From a virus: a stretch of 64,000 nt of DNA. Below, piece after piece: positions 57,032 to 64,000 of this stretch. The stretch is from the IMG/VR virus record IMGVR_UViG_3300043449_002688, positions 64,001 to 128,000 of that record; one strand, given 5' to 3'. The position numbers were made by a program, and so were the translations under genes. The first letter of the stretch is position 1. The number at the start of each line of letters is the position of its first letter. The notes beneath the pieces were generated by a model. It saw only the letters and a list, made by a program, of their open reading frames with translations. It did not search any database and was not told the origin of the DNA.

Positions 57032-57927
57032 TGAAAAAACTTTTAATAATTGATGTAAGTAATTTATTTTATAGATGTTTTTACGGATCAACTCCATTGA
57101 TTACATCTAAAGGCATACCAGTTCAAGCTTTGCATGGATTTGTTCGAGGTATGAATTCTTTAATTAAAGAACGTGCTCCAGATTACATAGCTTTAGCCAT
57201 GGAAGGGTCTGGCCCGTCTTTTAGGAAAGCTATAGAGCCTCTTTATAAGGCAAATAGATCTGAACTACCTAACGAATTAAAAGGACAGCTTAAGTTGCTT
57301 CCGGACCTTATCGAAGCTTTAGGGTTTAAGTCTTATCGCTATCCTGGATTTGAAGCTGACGATGTAATTGGTACTTTAGTTATTGAAGCAAGAAGAAAGT
57401 TTCCTGATATTGAAGTAGAAATTGTATCTTCTGATAAAGACTTTTCGCAATTAGTAGATGAAAAAGCTAATATTTTTGATTTAGCAAAAAATTTAACATT
57501 AGGTGTAAAAGAAATTCATAATAAATATGGTATTTGGCCGGAACAGTTTGTTGATTATTTGGCTATTGTCGGAGATACTTCTGATAATATTAAAGGAGTT
57601 CAGGGTATTGGACCAAAAGGAGCTTTAAAGCTTTTGCAGCAGTTTAAAACACTAGAAGGAATATACGTTAACTTATCTTCTATTAAAACTTCTATGCAGG
57701 TAAAACTTCTTCAATCTAAAGACGAGGTTTTTAAAGCTAAAAAGCTAGCTAAAATTAACACAGAAGTTCCTTTAACTTTAGATTTAAACGAAGTTGAATA
57801 TCAGGGTCCCATAGAGCCTAAATTACGTAAAATGTTCAGAGAGCTTGAATTTAAAGATTTAGAAATTTCAATGTTAGGACCAGGAGTACAAATTCTAGGT
57901 GGAATTGAAATAGGAGTAAGATCATGA
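57031..57927 (+). CDS. 5'-3' exonuclease / flap endonuclease (PolA N-terminal domain-like)
   Basis: LLIID.SN..YR, FRK...P.YKANR, GFEADDVIGT, SSDKDF.QL, GDTSDNIKGV.GIGPK.A..LL. Confidence 0.95.
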   Translation: MKKLLIIDVSNLFYRCFYGSTPLITSKGIPVQALHGFVRGMNSLIKERAPDYIALAMEGSGPSFRKAIEPLYKANRSELPNELKGQLKLLPDLIEALGFKSYRYPGFEADDVIGTLVIEARRKFPDIEVEIVSSDKDFSQLVDEKANIFDLAKNLTLGVKEIHNKYGIWPEQFVDYLAIVGDTSDNIKGVQGIGPKGALKLLQQFKTLEGIYVNLSSIKTSMQVKLLQSKDEVFKAKKLAKINTEVPLTLDLNEVEYQGPIEPKLRKMFRELEFKDLEISMLGPGVQILGGIEIGVRS

Positions 57928-58412
57928 AGCAAATTTTGATTAAAGAAACAAATACTATTGATAAGATGGCTGGAACAAAATTTTCTCTTTTAATTAGCAA
58001 AAATATTTGCCCTAATTTAATTTTTAATGCAAAAAATATAACTAAAATTGAAATTCCTTTAGATTTAAAAGTTTTAGCTGGAGGCGAAGATTGGTCTCTT
58101 GTTTTTAACATTACTCCCATTCTTGCTGAAAATGGAATTGCTTTGCTTTCTGCTGAAAAAACTAAAGATAAAGTAAATGCCGTTTTTATGAATCTTACAG
58201 ATACAGATATTTCTTTAGAAGAAGGATTGCCTATTGTTGAAGTTACTCTAGCTCAATTAGTTTCTTTTAGACAAATTAAAGAAATGTCTAAGGTTGGAAA
58301 TGGATCTGCAGTGGCTATTTTTGATGCAGATGGAATCGCTAAAATTCAAACAGTAAAAGAAGAAAGAAGATCTGAAGCTCAGGCTAAAAAGACAAAAAAG
58401 AAGAAAGATTAA
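57924..58412 (+). CDS. degenerate trimeric dUTPase-fold protein (putative)
   Basis: LAENGIALL...VNAVFMNLTDTDISLEEGLPIVEV aligns by eye with the dUTPase scaffold but RSG and GxIDxDYRG motifs are missing. Confidence 0.45.
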   Translation: MKQILIKETNTIDKMAGTKFSLLISKNICPNLIFNAKNITKIEIPLDLKVLAGGEDWSLVFNITPILAENGIALLSAEKTKDKVNAVFMNLTDTDISLEEGLPIVEVTLAQLVSFRQIKEMSKVGNGSAVAIFDADGIAKIQTVKEERRSEAQAKKTKKKKD

Positions 58413-58717
58413 TCTTCATCTTTTGAATTAAGTTCTATAGATTTGTCTTCTAAAGAAATTTTTGCGTTATCTAGTTTTCTTATCCTATAAAACACATAAG
58501 AAAGAACCCAAAATAGCATGGCAAAAGAAGTTGGTATTACCGATTGCGGCTTATAATGAAGCCATAACACAGAAGCTACTGTTATATAAAGCGCAATATA
58601 ATATGTAAGTAGGGTTACAGAAGGTTTTTTGTTTACCGGGTCATGAGCAAAAGGAAATTTTAATCCTTTCTCACATGCTTCGTCAATCCATTGTGCAATT
58701 TTGTAAAAAAAATTCAT
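58409..58717 (-). CDS. two-TM holin-like protein
   Basis: Two TM helices, charged C-terminus, late-strand location. Confidence 0.5.
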   Translation of the reverse strand: MNFFYKIAQWIDEACEKGLKFPFAHDPVNKKPSVTLLTYYIALYITVASVLWLHYKPQSVIPTSFAMLFWVLSYVFYRIRKLDNAKISLEDKSIELNSKDED

Positions 58718-59145
58718 TACATAATACCAAAAAATTTAACTAAGGCAGCGACACTTAGTATTGCTGCCGAAATTGCTCCAATCCATTTAATAAAAACACC
58801 AGTTGTTTGTATCCATTTGATTGGTTTTTCTGCAATATCTAAACGCTGAGACCATTCTTTTTCTCTTAGCGCGTTTTCTTCTCTTATTAGTTGGTTTTGT
58901 GTTTTAAGCTCTTGAACGCCTTGAATATGAACTTTTAATTGATGATTGTATTCAGATAGTCTCTCATTAACTTCTGTTAACGCAAAATTAATTTGATCTT
59001 GTTGTTTTGTATAAATACTGAGAATTGCTTTTTGGGTAGCTAATTCCTCTTTTACTTCTGTTAAAGCTAGCGTTTGAGAATCTTGCTTTTCGTGAAGTAA
59101 ATCTAAAGATCGACCGACTTTTCCGTTTTGCTCTGAATTGCTCAT
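58717..59145 (-). CDS. coiled-coil protein with C-terminal TM helix (possible lysis accessory)
   Basis: Heptad coiled coil then hydrophobic tail; ATG 59145. Confidence 0.55.
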   Translation of the reverse strand: MSNSEQNGKVGRSLDLLHEKQDSQTLALTEVKEELATQKAILSIYTKQQDQINFALTEVNERLSEYNHQLKVHIQGVQELKTQNQLIREENALREKEWSQRLDIAEKPIKWIQTTGVFIKWIGAISAAILSVAALVKFFGIM

Positions 59146-59185
59146 AAAACCCCAAAACCTTAATGATAACAAAGACGTGTTATAT

Positions 59186-59194
59186 AAGATTAGG
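59186..59194 (-). promoter_or_regulatory. putative late promoter motif
   Basis: CCTAATCTT about 41 nt upstream of ATG 59145. Confidence 0.6.
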
Positions 59195-59250
59195 AAATGT
59201 TTTTAAAAAACAATAATATAAACCAAAAAGTGCTTAAAATATTAGAATTA

Positions 59251-60948
59251 TTAAACTATTTCACGCCATTGAAGGCTTACAGCTACGTTAGCAGTAGCAT
59301 TTGCTTGCGAAGAAAGGGTTCTAGCTAAAACTACATAAACTTCTGAATCTGTAGAATCCATGTTTTGGTATATGATATTTTTGACAGCGGAAGAAAGCGA
59401 AGTTGCAGAAGCTGATGTTGTAGAGTTTTGACTGGTTCCTGCTGTAATAAATCCAGTAGATAGAGGATCTAAAACAACAGGAAGAAGGCTTGTAGCATTT
59501 AAACAGTATTCGGTAGCGCTTACATTTGGCTCTGTAGAAGTCCAAACGAGACCACCTGGGGCAGTAGTTGCAAGATAGCTTGCATTAGGTATTTTAACTA
59601 TTACATATTCTATGCTGGTAACTTCTGCATAAATAGAAGAATTAATAATTTTTACTCCAATTCTGTTTGGAAGCCCATTATAAGTATTGCTAAGTCTAAC
59701 GGCCAAAACGGGCAAATAAGTGCGGCCTGGAGTTAATGTAGTTCTTATTCCAGTTGAAGCAGAAAAGTCTTTTCCTGCCTCGATATATCCACCTTCACTT
59801 ATAACCGTAGAGCATATTTGTTCCATTTTACCGCCAGCAGTTTCTCCTGTATTAAAAATTTCACATCTGACAGGTAGATTTGGATTGCTTAAATATGGAG
59901 TTTCCAAAACATTTGAATGATAATATTCATGAGCTACAATTACTTGTCCATTGTGAACAAAACCGCATCGAACTCTACCAACTCCTAACCATTGAAAGTC
60001 AATATAAATAAGTTGCGTTTTGCTAGTATTAATATTGAATTTACTAGGGCCAGTCCCATCACATCTATCTATATTCCAATTTTGTTGAGGAACCCTTCTT
60101 AAATAAGAACCTATGTTAGCTTCGCTTGGAGTGCCGCCTATCTTAGATCTAATGACAAAATTAAGTTGACCGTTATCGGTTTTATTTGAAGTGTTTGAGC
60201 CAACTTGTTCAAAATAAATTCCATTATTATTATCAAAATATCCAGTTCTTTTTGTTACATTTTTTTCAGCATATCCAAAACAAATAGAAGAATAAATTAA
60301 TTGAGATTTCCCAGGCTGATATGGATGATATGCTTTGGTTTGATGTTGAACCGAGGAAGCAGGGTTACTGCTTGTTGTTAAAGTTACTGAAGCATTATTG
60401 GCAGTTGTTGTTGCTGTTCCGCCATTTAAGGTTTTTACATTATGATCTGTATCGTCGTATATATGTTTGTAATCGCCAAGAGAAAATACTTCTGAAATTC
60501 TAGTTCTTCCAAAGGCATCGTCATTTGATGGTTTTGAAATTATTGGAAAAAAATTATTAGAATTATAATATCTTCCAAATTCATCTACAAGAACATTTCT
60601 TAAAGCAACAGTAGGTTCTTCATCGTAAACTGCACGAATTATAAGTTCAGAACCCATCTTATTGCGTTCTTGTTCGTACATTTCTAAAGAACCGCCATCA
60701 TATTCTGTTGGGTTTTCTAGTCGATTAAATTGAGGGTCTATTAAGCCAATTTGCAGTTGAGTGTCCGATAAAACTCTTTTAATTACATAATTTTTTGCTA
60801 CAATTCCAGTTTTCTTTAAAGTAACAATTTGCCTAACTTTAAGCCCAACTGTAGAAGTTACAGTTATAATATGATTAGAAACAAAAATAGGAGCAAGCAA
60901 TATAGTTGGCCACTTGCTTTCTAATACAGAATACAAAGTTGACTGCAT
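59251..60948 (-). CDS. virion protein with lectin/beta-sandwich-like domain
   Basis: DAFGRTRISE, YQPGKSQL, IDFQWLGVGRVRCGF, PNLPVRCEI motifs familiar from aquatic phage structural proteins. Confidence 0.6.
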   Translation of the reverse strand: MQSTLYSVLESKWPTILLAPIFVSNHIITVTSTVGLKVRQIVTLKKTGIVAKNYVIKRVLSDTQLQIGLIDPQFNRLENPTEYDGGSLEMYEQERNKMGSELIIRAVYDEEPTVALRNVLVDEFGRYYNSNNFFPIISKPSNDDAFGRTRISEVFSLGDYKHIYDDTDHNVKTLNGGTATTTANNASVTLTTSSNPASSVQHQTKAYHPYQPGKSQLIYSSICFGYAEKNVTKRTGYFDNNNGIYFEQVGSNTSNKTDNGQLNFVIRSKIGGTPSEANIGSYLRRVPQQNWNIDRCDGTGPSKFNINTSKTQLIYIDFQWLGVGRVRCGFVHNGQVIVAHEYYHSNVLETPYLSNPNLPVRCEIFNTGETAGGKMEQICSTVISEGGYIEAGKDFSASTGIRTTLTPGRTYLPVLAVRLSNTYNGLPNRIGVKIINSSIYAEVTSIEYVIVKIPNASYLATTAPGGLVWTSTEPNVSATEYCLNATSLLPVVLDPLSTGFITAGTSQNSTTSASATSLSSAVKNIIYQNMDSTDSEVYVVLARTLSSQANATANVAVSLQWREIV

Positions 60949-60969
60949 TGCTCGCTCCTTTTAACTTGA

Positions 60970-63657
60970 TTATGCTATAGCATTATCTTTAACTGCTATA
61001 AATCTTTGATAAATAGTGTTATACATAGAGAACGTTCCACCAATGCAAACTTTTCCATCATTTTTTACAAGCACAGCATTAACTATACCGATAATTTTTC
61101 CGCCATCAACTATAGCAGTCATGAATGTAGAATCAAGCACACCAGAACTGTTAACTTTAATTAAACAGTTTCTATTAGTTGCGCCTGGATATCCTGTAAA
61201 TCCTCCACCAACGTAAATAACATTATCTGAATCAAGAACTATAGAGTTAACAGCTCCATTAACAATCTTACTTCCATCAACTGCATTGGTCATAAACGTA
61301 GTGTCAAGATTTCCAGAGCTATCAGCTTTAATTAAGCGACTTCTTCCAACTGTACCGCCATAAGTAATAAAATCTCCTCCAATGTAAACGTTGTTGTTTG
61401 AGTCTGCAATAATCGCATAGACGATATTGCTAAACTTTGTGCCATCAACTGCATTGGTCATAAATGTAGTATCAAGTACACCAGAGCTATTAACTTTAAT
61501 TAAACGATTTCTTCCTGATGTACCAGCATAAGAAGTAAATGCTCCTCCAATGTAAACATTGTTGTTTAAATCTTTAGCAATTGCAAAAACCGTACTACTA
61601 AATTTTGTGCCATCGACTGCATTAGTCATAAATGTAGTATCAAGCACACCGGAGCTATTAACTTTAATTAAACGATTTCTTCCTGATGTATTGTTATAAT
61701 TAGTAAAAGCTCCACCAATGTAAATATTGTCATTTGAGTCAATTGCTATTGCTCGAATAGTGCTGCTAAATTTATTTCCATCAACTGCATTAGTCATGAA
61801 TGTAGAATCAAGCACACCAGAGCTATTAACTTTAATTAAATAGTTTCTAAAATTTGTTCCACCATAAGTAATAAAATCTCCACCAATGTAAACATTGTTG
61901 TTTGAATCAATAGCAATAGAATAAATTTGATTATTAAATTTACTTCCATCAACTGCATTAGCCATGAATGTAGCATCAAGCACACCAGAACTATTAACTT
62001 TAATTAAACGATTTCTTCCTGATGTATTGCCATAATTAGTAAAGTTTCCACCGATGTAAACGTTATTGCTTGAATCTGTAGCAATGGCAGAAATTTGGTT
62101 ATTAACAAAAGAAATCCCAATAACATTTGTTACAAAAGGTTCAGATAATACTCCGCTAGTTGAAACTTTAGTTAAATAATTAAAAAACAATCCGCCTATA
62201 TAGATATTATCGTTTAAATCTTTAACAACAGTGAAAACTGTATTATTTAATTTAGCTCCATCAACTGCGTTGGTCATAAATGTAGTATCAAGTACACCAG
62301 AGCTATTAACTTTAATTAAACGATTTCTGTTAGTTGTGCTGGCGTAGTTAATAAAATCTCCTCCAATGTAAATGTCGTTGTTTGAGTCAATTGTAATAGA
62401 ATTAATTACTGCACTGATCTTGCTTCCATCAACTGCATTAGTCATAAATGTAGTATCAAGCACCCCAGAGCTATTAACTTTAATTAAACGATTTCTTCCT
62501 GATGTACCAGCATAAGAAGTAAAGTTTCCTCCAATGTAAATATTAGAATTTGAATCTACAGATATGGCAAAAACAGCTCCTCCAACAAATTTAGCTCCAT
62601 CAACTACATTAGTCATGAATGTAGAATCAAGAGTACCAGAGCTATTAACTTTAATTAAATAACCTCTACCTGAAGTTCCTCCGTAAGAAGTAAAAGCTCC
62701 ACCAACATAAACATCATTGTCAGAAAGGATAAGGACTTTGTTAACCCCAAAATTAAATTTACTTCCATCAACTGCATTAGTCATAAATGTAGTATCAAGC
62801 ACACCGGAGCTATTAACTTTAATAAGACTATTTCTACCTGCTGTACCACCATAAGTAATAAAATCTCCACCAATATAAACGTTATCGTTTGAATCAATAG
62901 CTATAGTAGCTACCAAACGGTTAACTGCTCCAGGAAACTTTCCGCCATCAACTGCATTAGTCATGAATGTAGAATCAAGCACACCAGAACTGTCAACTTT
63001 AATTAAACAACTTCTGTTAATTCCGCCGTAGTTAGTAAATTGTCCACCAATGTAAACATTATCGTTTGAATCAATAGCAATAGAATAAATTTGACCATTA
63101 AATTTAGCTCCATCAACTGCATTGGTCATAAATGTAGTATCAAGTACACCAGAGCTATTAACTTTAATTAAATAGTTTCTAAAAGTTGTATTATTGTAGT
63201 TTGTAAACCCTCCACCGATATAAACGTTACCATTTGAATCAGTAGCAACAGCCCGAACGGTACTGGATATCAAAGATTTTCCCGCAATGGCTTGAGTAAA
63301 AGTAATTAAACTTTCAAGCTGCATAGTTAGCCCAGGAGGAATATCTGACTTACTAACAGCAAAAGATCCACCATCAAAATCCACTAAGATAATTTTTAAA
63401 ACATTAAATTGTGCTCTGGCTTTTTGCGAAAAAAGTATAAAAGTTTCAGGAGTAGCTTGAGACAAATCAAAGATAATATTTTTAAGCTGTTCGCCTTCAG
63501 AGGACTTATAGATTACTTTTGCAAGTTTAACGTTTTGTGGATCTGAAAAATAACTATCTGCAACAACTGACGCTAAATCAAATAATGCAGTTTTATCTAG
63601 TGTTACAGAAAACACTACGTTTTTAGCTGCAGACTCTGTTCCGTTTATTAATGCCAT
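60970..63657 (-). CDS. Delta-60-type repeat beta-propeller receptor-binding protein
   Basis: 14 repeats of about 57 aa (I..DSNNNVYIGG.F..Y....RNRLIKVNSSGVLDTTFMTNAVDG.KF) after a 115-aa N-domain. Confidence 0.85.
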   Translation of the reverse strand: MALINGTESAAKNVVFSVTLDKTALFDLASVVADSYFSDPQNVKLAKVIYKSSEGEQLKNIIFDLSQATPETFILFSQKARAQFNVLKIILVDFDGGSFAVSKSDIPPGLTMQLESLITFTQAIAGKSLISSTVRAVATDSNGNVYIGGGFTNYNNTTFRNYLIKVNSSGVLDTTFMTNAVDGAKFNGQIYSIAIDSNDNVYIGGQFTNYGGINRSCLIKVDSSGVLDSTFMTNAVDGGKFPGAVNRLVATIAIDSNDNVYIGGDFITYGGTAGRNSLIKVNSSGVLDTTFMTNAVDGSKFNFGVNKVLILSDNDVYVGGAFTSYGGTSGRGYLIKVNSSGTLDSTFMTNVVDGAKFVGGAVFAISVDSNSNIYIGGNFTSYAGTSGRNRLIKVNSSGVLDTTFMTNAVDGSKISAVINSITIDSNNDIYIGGDFINYASTTNRNRLIKVNSSGVLDTTFMTNAVDGAKLNNTVFTVVKDLNDNIYIGGLFFNYLTKVSTSGVLSEPFVTNVIGISFVNNQISAIATDSSNNVYIGGNFTNYGNTSGRNRLIKVNSSGVLDATFMANAVDGSKFNNQIYSIAIDSNNNVYIGGDFITYGGTNFRNYLIKVNSSGVLDSTFMTNAVDGNKFSSTIRAIAIDSNDNIYIGGAFTNYNNTSGRNRLIKVNSSGVLDTTFMTNAVDGTKFSSTVFAIAKDLNNNVYIGGAFTSYAGTSGRNRLIKVNSSGVLDTTFMTNAVDGTKFSNIVYAIIADSNNNVYIGGDFITYGGTVGRSRLIKADSSGNLDTTFMTNAVDGSKIVNGAVNSIVLDSDNVIYVGGGFTGYPGATNRNCLIKVNSSGVLDSTFMTAIVDGGKIIGIVNAVLVKNDGKVCIGGTFSMYNTIYQRFIAVKDNAIA
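61020..63270 (-). repeat. about 171-bp coding tandem repeats with near-identical cores
   Basis: ccatcaactgcatt(a/g)gtcat(a/g)aatgtag(t/a)atcaag...gagctattaactttaattaaa recurs with few changes. Confidence 0.9.
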
Positions 63658-63703
63658 TTTAAAATTCTCCCTATATTTTTAATAATAATGTTAATGTTAC
63701 AGA

Positions 63704-64000
63704 TTAAAAAGTGATGTTTAATCCTGAAGGAATTTGAGCGCCTTCTAAAGATAAAATATCTTTTTCGTAATCAATTAAAACAATCTTTTCTACCTCAAAA
63801 GAACTTCTTGCTTTTATTGAAAAAAGTATTTGACAAGAAGGAGTTGCTTCTGCCAGATTAAAGGTAAAGGCTTTTTTTTGATTTCCTTGAGTTGATTTAT
63901 ACATTATTCTTACGGATTTTACATTTGTTTGACTAGAAAACCAGTCATCTGCTAAAACTCCAGAAAGGCCAAATAGAGTTGTTTTATCTAGAGTTACTGT
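63704..64000 (-). CDS. partial ORF, paralogue of the N-terminal domain of the 895-aa propeller protein
   Basis: Frame is open to the window edge: TVTLDKTTLFGLSGVLADDWFS...YKSTQGNQ vs SVTLDKTALFDLASVVADSYFS...YKSSEGEQ. Confidence 0.75.
   Translation of the reverse strand, partial: TVTLDKTTLFGLSGVLADDWFSSQTNVKSVRIMYKSTQGNQKKAFTFNLAEATPSCQILFSIKARSSFEVEKIVLIDYEKDILSLEGAQIPSGLNITF

Noticed and set aside
61020-63270. Possible CRISPR array or DGR template/variable repeats
   Set aside because: Repeats are in-frame coding units of about 171 bp; no cas or reverse transcriptase gene in the window; no adenine-specific mismatch pattern noticed
1-64000. Stop-codon reassignment, integrase, transposase or rRNA
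   Set aside because: Long genes are intact in the standard code and no such signatures were seen

Overview
AT-rich segment of a large contractile-tailed (myovirus, probably jumbo-type) bacteriophage genome read in the standard genetic code. The minus strand carries late virion genes: tail chaperones, tape measure, baseplate hub, spike, a LysM/gp25-like fusion, a giant 2191-aa baseplate-J protein, and many modular fibre/adhesin proteins with Ser/Ala coiled-coil, Delta-60, NHL and Gly-rich repeats. Many of them are preceded by a conserved CCTAATCT(T/A) motif that looks like a late promoter. Plus-strand islands of early/accessory genes interrupt this block: a stand-alone Fis-type HTH, class II aldolase, PDZ membrane protein, 2OG-Fe(II) oxygenase, HExxH lipoprotein, sigma factor, deaminase, a shuffled 'MKRSEM...WEPED' paralogue family, PIN-like and DUF932 proteins, a 5'-3' exonuclease and two tRNAs. 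A minus-strand accessory block carries DUF2827 and IMPDH/GMPR genes followed by structured RNAs. The strongest candidates for undescribed biology are non-coding: (1) a transcript at 39.4-40.0 kb dense in GGA-loop hairpins that looks like a phage-encoded CsrA/RsmA sponge; (2) a tandem set of tRNA-shaped but greatly expanded RNAs at 28.9-29.3 kb; (3) a gene-cassette-like array joined by a reusable junction sequence. A Bdellovibrionota-like host is suggested but is inference only. Protein family calls come from motif recognition by eye; no searches were run.
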